Assembly (NCBI GenBank): GCA_036172245.1 | Contig: JAYWIR010000045.1 | Location: 744,001-808,000, forward strand | Reading direction: 5' to 3' | Source: Raillietiella orientalis | Lineage: Eukaryota | Length of the DNA stretch: 64,000 nt | Shown here: positions 1 to 13,449 of the stretch, one piece after another | Layout: every line of letters starts with the position of its first letter | How positions within the stretch are numbered: position 1 is the first letter of the stretch | The notes under the pieces: generated by a model | What the model was told of the DNA's origin: nothing | What the model saw: the letters and a program-made list of their open reading frames with translations, nothing else | The model's database searches: none | Made by a program: the position numbers and the translations under genes

Positions 1-691
1 CACAATAAAAAATGGCACCAGTAAATGATAATTTTTTCAGCAACGATACATTTACAATGTAACTTACAATTATAACTCACTTTAATTTTTCCATTAAACT
101 GTAATCTAAAAATGCTTCTCAGGCAGAAGGCCACCAAGAAATCCTATTTCATAATGAGCTGAATGAAGGTGAACTTACTAATACAGAGTTTCAGTTGGTC
201 AAGGTTACGAATGCTTAACATTACAAATGTCTTACAACTTGCACTTTCTTAGTTCGGAAACTCTTGGATTATTCTTTCCAAGGATTCTACAGCCAAACGT
301 CAGACTTCAGCGTTGATGAATACGAAATGAGTTGGCTACACCAGCAGAGGAATGTTGCAAGGATCATTCTCACTCAGTGACACCCATGTTGTGTACGCTG
401 TGTCAAAAACCAATCTCATTTGCAGGTATCATTACTGTTCTTGAAGAAACACGATGCCACTTGAATAAAGCCAAAACATACAAAGCAAAAATTCCACTGA
501 AATTTTCTGCAAAAAAATTAAGAAAACCCTTTTGTTCAAAAATTTTTCAAAAGAAATAAAATAGGTGGTGGCGGGACTTCTATGGAATAAATATGAAAAT
601 GCATATCAAAAAATTGTTATTCACTAAAATCACCGGTAAGCTAATGAGATTTACCTATATGGTAATGAAATTTCATGTCTTGCCTTTGAAA

Positions 692-2685
692 TTACACAAA
701 CTGCACACCATCTCGCAAAAGAGGCTTTGCTTCCATAGAAATGTCGTATTTTTTGGTCCAGTCAGTGTTTTCTTTCTCTGGACATCCATAACATTGGCAT
801 CCGAACATATTTACGGCATTAAGTAAAATACCTCGACTAAAGAAATGGTCTGAATGCAGAGGAAAAAAAAAAAAAACACATACTCGAAAGGGCTCTTGAA
901 ATGATTGCTGCTTTCAAAATGCTCGTAACGATCACAGTTGATACGTTCATTTGTAGTCATTCCAAGAATGAGAACCTACGGTCACAAACTGGCTGCAGCT
1001 GCATGCTCCTACTAGTAACTAACCTGGTACATTTGACAAATGAACAGAATGCTGACCCATAAAGCATGAATCACAGCATTAATTGCTATCCATATAACCC
1101 AAACATCACAAGTTGACGATGATTTTAAATGAGATGGAATTTTCATAACAATGTCTTGGGCACATCCTGTTTCCTGTAGATAAACCAGACAACCATATGC
1201 CACCAAGGAAGTAAGAATTGTAAGGAGAAACAGAAACACTAGAAAATGCTTGTGGTTTCCAGCACCTAATAAGAAATATAGTCAGAGTGACATCCTTCTT
1301 TGTCCTCTGGCATTACCAATACAGTTTCCTACCCAAGGGCAATGATGATCAAATTTGGCCACACAATGATTACAAACAGAACAATGTTTAGACCGCAATG
1401 GACGTTTCACCAAACAAGTGGTACAAAACGATGTTGATTCAAAACCATTCGTCTTACCTAATTCTAAAATAGTCTTTATTTTCTCTGAATGAGTGGATAA
1501 AATAAAACCAGGATCATCCTTCCAAGTGTGCAGAAAGCTATACCAGAGCAAAATTGACAAAAGGAAAAATGGAATGGTAAAGGAGAAGCCCACAACAGCA
1601 TGCAACCAGAAGATCCAGGTCACATACATCCAAAATTTGGTTGATAAGTAAATGCCTAAAGGGATGTTATGCATATAGGTATAAAGAAAGGGGCATAGCC
1701 AGTGGCTGATATGCCCTAGTGCAACTACGGACAGCAGCAACATGAACTTCATAAAGTGACTGAGATGTGTGCTGATTAGAATACCAACTGCAGCAAAAGA
1801 GACAAATGGAAAAAAATCCACGACTAGTCTACAAAAGTGCTGCAAGAGGCTTGAGTCACTCTGATAATGCATTACTCACTTTATTGGTCAGAAACTTGTA
1901 GAAAGGTATCCACCGAGTGGTTCTTAGATGCAATTGTCTGATAGCTTGCTTGCTCAACTGATGCTGTTTCAACTGCAGTATCAAATCATAAGGCTTCTCT
2001 CCTAATTTGTTTGTAATACTGCGATCTGCACCATGTTCTAACAAAAGCTGAATTGCAATTTCATTGCTGCCAAGCACTGCCCAGTGCAAAGGGGTATTGC
2101 CATGCACATAATCTTGTAATGATGTACTAGCACCAAATGTTAATAAAACACGCATAGGATCCACATTTCTGACACGTAAGGAACACCACATAAGTGGTGA
2201 CATGCCAGAGTTGTCTCTTTCATCAACTGAAAGACCTTTGGCTAATAAATAAGCCACTATAGCAGTATGGCCAAACTGAGAAGCTAAATGAATACAAGTA
2301 TAGCCTTCATCATCACAAATGGACGGATCTGCTCCATGATCCAACAAAATGACTATCACAGGTAGATGACCTTGTCTTGTTGCCCAATGCAGTGGTGTAG
2401 AAAGTAAGGTTCCACCTATAGCATTAACGTCTGCTCCATGTGATAAATAAAGTCTGATGAAACTTATGTCAAACAGAATCCATAAACTTACTTCACTATG
2501 TCCACATGATTGTTGATTGCAGCCCAATGCAAAACAGTAACTCCTTCAGCATCTTTCTGATTTACATCAAAGCCTTTATCAAGAATCTCTTGACAAGTGC
2601 TCAGCTGACCATACTAATAAGCAATATATATTAAAGATATGCATTGAAAGCCATGTATCACCTGTGTAGCTTTTACAATATCCAT
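692..2685 (-). CDS. ZDHHC17: Ankyrin-repeat DHHC palmitoyltransferase, HIP14/ZDHHC17 family (7 exons, ~573 aa; true start may be further upstream)
   Basis: Exons 2685-2662, 2613-2492, 2453-1880, 1839-1317, 1265-1024, 975-884 and 836-692 join in frame through GT-AG introns of 48, 38, 40, 51, 48 and 47 nt (1722 nt total). The protein begins [43 protein letters not shown]. It has ankyrin TPLHWA repeats, transmembrane segments, an intact cysteine-rich domain [37 protein letters not shown], a TTNE motif and a C-terminal DWTKKY, as in HIP14/ZDHHC17/13. Confidence 0.93.
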
Positions 2686-3188
2686 CTTCCTTACACAATG
2701 CTCTTTTGTCAAGAGCACTCAGTAGTAACTATGGCTTCATCTACCTAATAGGTCACTCCAATGGCAGAGCCATTTTATAATAAAAATATTGAATCACCAA
2801 GAAAAGCTGATGCACATTTGCAAAGTGCTTAAAAAAAGCTTAGTGATCAATTAAAGTAAGTGGTGGTACTTGTTGGGGTGATAAGACATCTCCCACCTCC
2901 CAGACATCTTATACTTAATCAAATACTATATGTTTCTTAACTTTGCATGAAAATAATTGAAGCTTTATTTCTGAATGCCAGGATTGGTCTGCAGGTTAAA
3001 GAAGCCACTCCAGAGAGAATTAGAGTGGCAACATGAAGTACAAAAATCATGAAGAAGAAAAAATGTCATTGCAGCTCTGATTGCACAGAATGTGCTTTTT
3101 ATCCTCAGCAGCAACAGGGTATTTTCCTTTTGCTAATGCAACAACGTAAACTTATATGAACCATATAGACTTGCAGCATGCAGCAAAA

Positions 3189-6100
3189 TCATATTTTCGG
3201 TTTCTGTGCAGATTTGTTTTCCGTTTGGCTTCGAATAGCTAGAAAGCTTTCATGTAGTTTCTATGTACACATCCACTTCAATACTGCTTACCTGATGGAC
3301 GAACATTTCCTTCCTCTGTATGCTTAGATGCAGGTGAATTCCCAACTGTCTCACTAAAATTTTGCAGCTGCTGTTCCTGTTTCTGATCTACAACATCTGC
3401 ACAATATACTAATTTCAGAAGTTCTTGTATACTTACTTTTTCTTGGGTTTAACCCCATTCTTCCCCTTTTGCCATTTATTCCATTGGCTGTAGTTGAACT
3501 TCCTCTTGCTCCTCTAGAGTATCCTCTAGAATAACCACCTCTGGGAGCGCGGGATCGAAAATATTCCTTTTTGGATGGTCCCGTAGATGAAAGAAAATTA
3601 TCCACGGGCACATCACTCTGCCACTGAGTTTGTGTTACATCGGAACTTTTGTCTTCTTGTTTTTGAAGCATTTGATTATTGTCTCCTGAAGGTTTTCTCT
3701 GTGCAGATTTTCTGTTATTAGATGTTAACGAAGGACCAAAAGTATTGGTAGTTTGTCCATCTCCTGATCCACTTACAATATAACTACTGGGGTTTGATGT
3801 TGCCACAACTTTTTCTGTTACCGAGGGCGAGAAACTTGAATTTGAAATGCCAAAACTGGCTTGACCAAATCCAGGTCCCGTGGCAAGAGAGGGAATCGGA
3901 TCTAGAGATTTCTCGATTTTATCACTGTAAGGAACCATTGGTATCATAGTTGGTAAATTTGCTAACATTGGAGAGAAACCTTTGACACCTTCCAAGAAAG
4001 TGTATATTGTATTTGGGGGTAAAGATTGTAATAATTCCCCTCTACCAGAAGAATCTAATTTACGAACATTATGAGTTGGATTTCCACCTTGTGAGGTAAA
4101 GATTGTATCGTGGCTAGGAGGAGATATAAATGGGGAAGTAGCAGCAACACTGGAGTGGTTTTGTGTAGCTGCCATGGAAACTACCAATTACGTTACTTGC
4201 ACAATCAACTGTATTCAGCTACTTACCTTTTAAATTCATTTGAGAATCAATGAAGTATGGATAATTATCTTTGGTGGCAGGAAAGTTTTCAGGTAATGTG
4301 GACTGATAAATTGGCTGGGAACTGCGATTGAATACAAACAATGATGATGAAAATATCAGAACAACGATGAAAGAATGCATCATTAATTTTGCATATTGCT
4401 CACAAGCAATCAAGAGAAAATAAAACTCAAATGCTGTTTTTTCAACAAAAAAAAAAAATTTTTTAACTCTGTAAGAAATAAAATTCTAAAACAACAATAA
4501 CTTTTAAAACAAAAGTAAGCTCAAGCCAATAAATGAAGAATTGAAAACAGCAAAAACTTCGACTTCTGGAACACAATGGAAAATAATGCACTACCAAAAT
4601 ATAAAACATGTAAAATCTGGGAATGCATGTACTACGAATCTGGGAATTGGAAAATCTCAAATATCTGGGTATCATTTGAATGAATTAACAAGAAATCCAA
4701 GAAAACCACAATTGTCAGTAACAGACATGCCAACGAAAATAATACGGAATGAATCATTTGAAGCTAAAAGATAAGCTATTGTCAAATATGAGACCTTGAC
4801 CTCCAAAACTTTTTAAAAATCATACAAAACAGACAACAGTTCATTGTAGAAATCAAATTATGTTAAAGTAACAGAAAAAAAAACCCATGAAGCCAAGTGG
4901 TTGGATGTATGTGGAATGTGATAAAGATACAAATATATAAAAAGCATGATGCCACCTCCATCAAAACATATTAAAACAAATCACTGGAGGCATACCCAGT
5001 GTATTAAAAAAATAAGTTTCAAAATGACAATAAACAATACTTCAATGTTTGAGACATTTGATTCAACACAAAAATATTCAATGCCTACTTTTTCAAAGTA
5101 TGAAACAGAAATCGTTGTATGACTAAAGGTTACCTGGTTTTACTTCAGATGAATGCTAGGTTCGAATTAGGTCCAAATAACTTCAAAGCTATTGGACTCT
5201 ACAAACTCTCTCTCTAACAGTACTAATTCCATTTGAAATTTATAATCCAGCAAATTAATGGACTTTACAATAATTTCGTATATTTATAATTACAAACTTA
5301 AAGGTGATACATCCATTCAACAAATCGAATAATTATTTTTTAATCTAATAATTTTAGAAGGATAAACTAATAATAATCCCCTACCAACCTTTCAAAGATA
5401 AATTGCTTTCTAAAGCCAAAATATTTTTCTTTTCAGTATTATACTTTCGATTGTTAAAGTAAATGAACCAATCACTTGCTGATGGAAAAACAATCTGCTT
5501 TCAATTTTAATTTGCCAGTATGATATTCGGTTTTACTTGTACAGTTCTTATTTCACCCTGTTAATTTTACGATTTGAAGGCATAATTTTGGAATACAGCA
5601 TGCCAATGTTCTGATAGTACTTAAATTACATTAATTGCATCTTAAATTACATTAATTACAAACATTCTTAAATAATCGTATGAAAAGTGACATAAATTAT
5701 ACAAACAATTGTACAGATAGTATAATTGGATACATAACCAATTTATTTCTTTAATTAATTAATACTTTCATCAGTAATAATGAAACAATAAAATTAAGAA
5801 TACTTTCAACTAAATACTCCGTATGTAAATAAAGACAGCATTAGAACTTATTTACCTGAAAAGAACTGGATTGATTACTTGAGAAGATAATGATTTTTGC
5901 TCTTCACCATCGAATTTACACTTGGGATGGGCATTAATGCTATCAGAAACACCAAACTCAAAGGCAACGTCTTCCTCTTCCTCTTCTTCAAAGATCTTGA
6001 GGAAAACCAATCCTTATGAAAATAAAATACTTAAAATTACCCTTTCAGGCTCCTCTTGGAGTTGTAAAGAATGTCCAAAATAATTACTCAAGCAAATGGC

Positions 6101-9100
6101 ATTAATCAAGTGTTTCAATTCTTTATATGTAGAATGAAGAAATGCCTGATTTTTAGCTTCAAGCAAATTATGCAAATGATGTGAAGCAATTTGAACCTTC
6201 TATAGGAAAACAGGAGAATATAACCATCCAGAAAAAAGAAACAATTTTTAAAGCATGAACTCAATCAATAAAATGATTAGGAATTAATAAATGAATTTAA
6301 AATTCACAACTAACATGAAGTACTTACAAGTACCATAAAAGAACAATACAAATAATCACCTCAAAGTGCTGAATAACATGGTCATTGTGGTTTACAGGAA
6401 ATATAAGCATGCAAAGTTGATGAAGTTGTTCTATTTGTTGTTCTGATAATTTAATAGCTCCATTCAGACCTTCAATAAAATCTTTACGGACTGATTCTAA
6501 ATTAAAACTATACAACACGTTCTAGAAAAAAACAATCAATACCACTTTTAAAAACACATATTACCTGTATAATAAGTATTTGATTAACTTTCTTAAAATC
6601 CTCAATCTGTTTATCATGATGCTCCCTTTTAACTAGCTTCTTCTCTTCTTTATGGCGCTTATTAACAATTGTAGATAACAACTTCATCAATTCTGTTGAA
6701 AAGTCCAACATTTGTGTAACCTCATCATACTTCTGGATAGCATTTAACTGATCCTTTATTAACTCTTTGCCTTTAACCAAGTCACTTCGATATCCATCTA
6801 ACTTCACCTGAGATACAAAAAAATAATGCAACAAAAAGAACTGTAACCAAAAATCAGCTTTGCAAATTGGCTGAAAACCATAATTAAGGCAACTTTACAG
6901 CTAGATCAAGTATACTACTGTTATTTGGGGGATTCAAAGGTGACACACATGACTGTCTTTAAAAAATAATGAATAAAAAAACTGAAAAAGTCCAAAAACC
7001 CCTTAACACATGTATAAGTACTATACAATACTTTAATAAGCAACAAAAACAATGTTGAAACTTGCTGTGATACAAAAATGACCAATTTGTCTGCTGCTGT
7101 TTGTTATTATTTGGTATGACAACCAAACAACTGGAAAAATAAAATACAAGCCATGCTTACTTAGTATGCATCAGATCACATACCAACAAAAAAAATTCTG
7201 ATAATAAATAGATGCAATAATGAATAAAAAACCTGATTACTGATTTAGAAAAATGCCTTTCTTGCACGACCCAAGTCAACAATAAATCTTCAACATAATG
7301 CATGGTATGCATTTTCCAAACTACCATATTTACAAGGAATAATGAAAACTATTTTAGCGACCTACTTCTCATTAATGAATACATAAACTAAGTTTATAAA
7401 CATACTTGATGTTCCAAATGATAGAAGCAAAACATTGATTAAAATGAATGAAAACTATGACTTTGGTAAGAATGACCAAAGGTTATATGCATATTTATGG
7501 TGATCCCAGATCTTAACCAAGGATTATTTTATGGTATAACGAAAGAAAACCTACTGTGCTGAGTTGATCTCAGCTACTCCCTGATGAACTAGTGAACTAA
7601 TGAACAGCTACTCCCTATTTTGATTCCAGAATATAACACCTTGGGATGTGCTCAATTTTTCCATTAGCAAGACACTATGCACGCAGATCTCAAACAATAG
7701 GAATTTGAATTTGTAAATGAGAACAAAGAGGAATTCAAGAGAAAAACATTTTTTGCTTCTAGTGATCAAACACAAAATCATTTCATTTTCAGAGATAAGT
7801 AATCTCTTAAGTGATAATGATAAATATTTCGTGGATGAATTCCATTTTCATTTAGAGGCAAACCCACAGATATAACAGAATAATGACAAGTAATGAGAAG
7901 GAATATTGTAATGGAAAACTGCAAATTTTGAAAACTATGTGCTGATAGTTAAGACTTAAAGTAAAAGCCAAACATGCCTTGCATGCATCCTTCTCCTCAT
8001 TTACTTTCATCTTGTATCATTCTTACTCTGCAAATCTTCCATCTCAGGAAAATTTATTTAAATAAGCTGGGGTGAAAGATAATTGATATATGAAAATGAT
8101 GGCACAATGTGATAATCACGAAAAATACAGCAACTCCCGAAGTATAGGATGTAGGTAGCTAACCAAAAAACTATAGGATGCTTTTGCAAAGCTTTCACAG
8201 AAAACAACCAACTTCAGCACAATGGTCCCACTTTGGGTGCAATATCTTACTAGCTCCAAATAATTACATAACAAACAAAATATAATTAATCTTTTTTTCC
8301 ATTATTTAAAATGTCATTCCCGAGCATCTGCGTACCATTTGTTATTTTGATTGTGCAAATGTGGTAAATCTGAATTAACTACAAGTCCAAAGGATTAACA
8401 TCTGCCACATTTCATCCACTGCTTTTAGCAACACTCATGCATACATTAATCAATAAAAACTTAAAATGCATTGATTTCAAAATTAAAACATAAAAGCATG
8501 TTTTTATTCTAACACTAAGAGGAAGATGCCATGAAATCTCTGCCAATTTCAGAAAATATACAAAATTTGGAAATCACTGAATGGATATAATGAAATTATA
8601 ATGGAATACATGTTTATTGCAATACACTTTAAACACAATTCTGCATTTTGATTTGTTTTCAAAACATTTTGAATAACAGACGGAATTTATTATGCATTCC
8701 ATCTGGGTCAAGATCCTAAATCTATGATTATCTGCAACATAAACTCCCATGCCTTATAATTTCCAATTTAACACAGCAAAGGCTTATATCATGCTGAACA
8801 TTCAGCCTAAAACATTTAGACAATTACTGCTTTCCCATAATCTTCAGCAGTAATTACAATCTAGAATATTAATGCCCTTCTTGAGCATTTAGGAACAAAA
8901 AAATACAAATTTTCTAATAAAGATTACAAACTTATTCAAGAATGACGAAAGTCATGAAATCAATAAACTCTTTGCTAAGTATCTGCCCTACACACCAACT
9001 ATGCCTGTCTTGGATCAAAATAAAACCACTGTTCTATGTAAAAACTGAAAATTTTAAACTTACTAACAAAGAAAAATGCTGACTGAAGTTATACCTTCAA

Positions 9101-10757
9101 TAAGCTATTCCATATTGTGCTTAAGCAAAGTTCACAACAATAACTGATGCTACCAAATGAGCAGTACAATACTTTTAAAAGTAATCTATCGTGTAAAACT
9201 TATTTGTGAACAACAATTACTGCTACATCCTTTCAAGATACTAAAATTTTGAAGTTGCTGAAACCCCAAATACCTTCAGAAAATTTTCAAAGTGCACAGC
9301 AATATATGGACTTTGTTAACATTAATTTTATAGACTTACAAAATATGATGCTCCTAAAAGAAGTTTTCAGCTTATACATGACTTGTAAATGTAAACTGCA
9401 AAAATACATTTGGAAAACATACATCATTATAAAGTGTCATTTCATTCTGGAACTTTTAAATTTCTCAAACACGCCATAATATGAAGAGTATGTATTTTTA
9501 GATCACAGCCTTAAAAGTTCTTCAGCTGAATATTAAAATCAGGTTATTAGTGATTATCGAAAATAGTTTATGCGTCTTTTGTTTTTAAATTTAAGATGAC
9601 AAATTCGCAATTTTTTCCTTGGGCATTTTATGAGCTTATGCTTCTCCTTTAGAACAAGACAAATGAAAATGTACATTATTATTAGTCCTATCTGAGATTT
9701 TATTTGTAATATTCTAATATTTACGAAGTTATTAGAAATACATTGCAAACAAAATAAATGCTATGCTTGTCTAAGTCTATCCAACAAATCATTGACGAAA
9801 GAAAATTCGATTAATAGAGAAAAGTAAACACAAAATTCCAAAATTAAATGATGGTTATTTTGATGAAAATCAAATGAGGGTTCCTTTAATTTCATTTTCA
9901 ACTAAGAAGTCACATATGGATGGAGAAACGTCCATTAATTAATTGAAGCCCACATATTTAAATATGATGGTAATGAAAATAAACCATCAGATACCTTGCT
10001 TCAAATCATTCATGTAGAAACGAAGAAATATAATTCCGAACAAAACTGGAGATCATAAATCATGTTCTCCCTAACTAATAAGAACTAACTTCCAGGTGTA
10101 CAACTGCCAATAAACAACATGGGCATTGATGGCTTTCTCTTACCATACACAAACAAATTAATTTGTGAAACTGACAATGGAAAATTTTTATTCTCCCAAA
10201 TGCTTACAGAGTACAAATAAGACTCTCAATGACCAAACACATACAAAGAATTACGCCTGAATCTTACCATATTAATGCATGTAGAATTACGGTTAATTAC
10301 TAAAACTTTTCTTTTCAAATAAATTCTCAAAAATAAAAGAGGCGATTCTTCTACTCTCACTATGCTTTATGTCTACTATAAACATTAATACAACAAGTTT
10401 AAATCCATGACAAAGTCCTTGCATAAGATGTAAAGGTCGAAATCATTAAAACCATACAGGTTTTTCACGGATTTCTCCATACGTGCAAGATCCTGTGTGT
10501 ATTCAAAATACCACGACGGGGGAATATGCCAAAAAAAAAACAAATACAACGAAAACAAAACAACATTTGCACACCCACATGGCAACACACTACAAACTTC
10601 TCCATTAAGAAAAGAACACGATAAATACAAAATCAATCACCTTGCGCTTATGAAGATTCCTAGTCTTTTTCTCGATCAACAAAATGGTCTCATGAAGTAA
10701 TGAATCTACTGTTTCAACAGGATGCTTCTTTTCAGATTTTTCTGACAACGAAGGCAT
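3189..10757 (-). CDS. CAPRIN1: Caprin-family RNA-binding / stress-granule protein (9 exons, ~604 aa)
   Basis: Exons 10757-10641, 6807-6565, 6521-6360, 6199-6041, 5995-5856, 4321-4227, 4180-3437, 3396-3292 and 3238-3189 are phase-compatible with GT-AG introns (1815 nt). The HR1 region reads IEKKTRNLHKRK|VKLDGYRSDLVKGKELIKDQLNAIQKYDEV, VRKDFIEGLNGAIKLSEQQIEQL and ASHHLHNLLEAKNQAFLHSTYKELK, matching Caprin-1 as I recall it. It is followed by an acidic patch, an S/T-rich low-complexity region and RGG boxes (RGGYSRGYSRGARG). The exon 5 acceptor and the last two exons are less certain. Confidence 0.88.
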
Positions 10758-13449
10758 ACTTTTCCCTTCCTGGCTTTCCGTCACACGAAATCTCACTTCG
10801 TTTAACGATTGAATATCCTCGTGTTTACCGATAATAAAAAGTACTCCGCAAGCAGTGTACCAATGTCAAATTGCGCCTGGGCCACGGTTAAAGTTAATAA
10901 AACAGTATTCGGTGAAAAATTTTTTTTTTTGCAAAATCGTGGGGAAGTACCGATCTCTCTTTAAAAGTAGCAAGGAAAACAGCAGATAGGCCTTCTTTTT
11001 TTTTTAATAATTTGCATATTTTGACACATCTAATGTGCGAAGCAGTGTAAAAAAAAAAAAAAAAACTGCCATTCAGGAACAGTTCCTGGGATCACATCGT
11101 ACATATCACTGTAATTTGTATTTTCATGTGGTCACAATTAGACACGCTCCAAATTTACATCACAATGAGCTAATATTTCATCAGATAGTCTTGTATTTCA
11201 CCACACAATGAACAATGAAAAATCGGAACTCAACAGTGGAAATTGTAGTTTTTGTTACAAGTCTTTAACATTCGTCTTCCTCATGATTATAATAATAAGT
11301 ACTCCAGCGACGATCTGAAGATGTGTGCAGTTCTTATATCTATTATCGAAGAGCTGCTTCTTCTTAATCAGTACTATGAAGCATCCTGAGAACTCCAGAC
11401 AGGACAGTCGATAGCTATTTGATTGTGGAAGGTCAAGACTCGTATAGAAATAAATTTTATCGTTTAATTGGGTTTCATTGTTAACAGTCAGCTGAGGATT
11501 AATAAGTCATCGTATTTATTTAGCCGTTTACTATTTTTTAATAGCTATTTACATTGATTCAAAACCTTTGATTCTAATTCTAACTCTGTATGTTACTTTT
11601 AACTTCTTTGAGATGGATTATTTTGTGAACATTAAAATACCTATGGGAAGTTACTTTGCTTATGGTATAGTTAAATTCTTCAAATAAATTTATAATAAAT
11701 TTCCTGAACAGACACTGTGAATCTTGAATTCCCACTGAAATTCATGTTTAAAGAAATTTTATTTTATTTTGAACAAATGGTGCTTTTTTCTAGTGCAAAT
11801 AGAAATCAGTTACTTCAAGGAAGGAATTAACTATCTCTGAATTTGAGAGCAACCTAAGAATCTAAGGAAGGAAACAAGAGAAAATAATTATTTAATGAAT
11901 GTGCACTTGGACTGTGAACTGTAGCTTACTGAGTACGCCTTTTAGCCTAGGTTTTAAGTAGTATTCAGTATTTTCAGATACTTTGTACCATATCATTTCT
12001 GAAGTTCGCCTTCATTTCAAATTTTTCAGAAAACATAGGAAAATTTGAAAGAAAAGTTTTTTTTCAAACAATTAATAGTCTAATAATTTTTGGATCACTA
12101 GACTTGATGAATTCAGATTGAAAAATCCTAGCAAATAACTAACTCAAAAACCCTGGATTTGAAAACCAGGATTTGAAAAGAATCCAAATAAATGTGAGAA
12201 GTAAAATAAGAAGACAATGATGGCAACATGAGAGAAATTAAAGCAAGTTTAAGATTCACAAAAAGGAAGCGTCGTTTTCAAATAAGGAAACTATAGATTA
12301 AAGAAATGAAGAAACAGCTTAAGGCAAAACATTTGAATAGAGCACGATTTAGAATTTAGAAGTTACAAAGGATAAAAACGTTTTATAGTGCCCTTTATTT
12401 GTTTTAGAATTTGTATTTAATATTCCATTTTACAATGGCATCTGAATAGAAAAGGGTTGGGAATATTGAACTGTTCTTCTTGATCATAAAAAAATAAAAG
12501 ATCTATATTAAAGAGGCTGAACTGGTGTATACCTTTGCTCTTGACTGCTATTCTTAAATTGTCTCTAAAGATGTTTATATATTATTTATTCGAGTATAGA
12601 ATCTATTTGCATATACATACATAGAAAATCACGTAAGGGTATGTTTCGTAGGATAAACATATATTACTGGCTTGACATGTTTTTTTTTTTTTTATTTCCC
12701 CTGATAGAAACTGACACCATCCTGATAGAAGGATGTTATTAGTACTAATCAAGAAATATTCGCATATCAAAAGAACAAAGTACTCATAATGGAATGGTAT
12801 TTTGCAATTAAGCAAATATAAATTTTTGCAAGTTCTTTCAAAGCCTTTACTTCATCAGAAGTGTCTTTTAATGGTTTTTCTTCGAATAAAGATTTAGCTC
12901 CAATTCCAATGACAGTTCTGCAAAGCCCATTGATGAAAACGGAGTTCAACTCTTATATCAGAATGGAGGCACATCACACTTTTAGAGCTTCAGGAATGAA
13001 GTTAAAAATACGAATCGTGGTTCTATGTGTAACATGTGCAGACTGCAAAGGTAGTCATCGAATGAGAGTGCAGTTCAGTTTCGAGAGGAGTAGTAATCAT
13101 ACACTTAATCGCAAATCGATCTGTTAGCATTTTTGTCCTATACTTGTCATGTATGAGCTACAGACAAGGATAGCTTATTCAAACTCATGTACGGAAAGAC
13201 CTTGTACGACGTGAGTTTAGACTTTGTAAATGTGTCATTGCATGGTGGATCCTGAAGAACTCTAGAACTCAATGAAATGCAATTTGGAAAGCCAATATAG
13301 CGTACTATCCTACAATGTTAGAACATCTTTTCCTTCTTGCTTTCTGTACTTTAGCAAAAGACCTTTTGTCACTGTGGCCACAAGTGTCTCTTGTCACAAT
13401 TGAAAAAGACTCCTATTAACACGCCAAAGGAGTACAAATTGTTCCATGT

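Noticed and set aside
120..380. Possible last exons of a plus-strand gene converging on ZDHHC17
   Set aside because: Candidate splice sites exist, but I could not obtain a consistent frame or a recognisable protein, and the window edge truncates the context.
3354..3436. ORF-track C-terminus of caprin (SKYTRTSEISILCRCC...)
   Set aside because: A strong GTAAGT donor at 3436 and two further in-frame exons indicate that this is intron read-through.
7571..7616. CTGATGA (hammerhead or C-box-like) between 12-bp direct repeats cagctactccct in caprin intron 1
   Set aside because: No stem II/GAAA core and no convincing D box or terminal stem; probably a small local duplication.
13180..13230. Resemblance to LSU rRNA (acgtgag...tttagac)
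   Set aside because: Only a few matching bases, and the flanking conserved rRNA sequence is absent.
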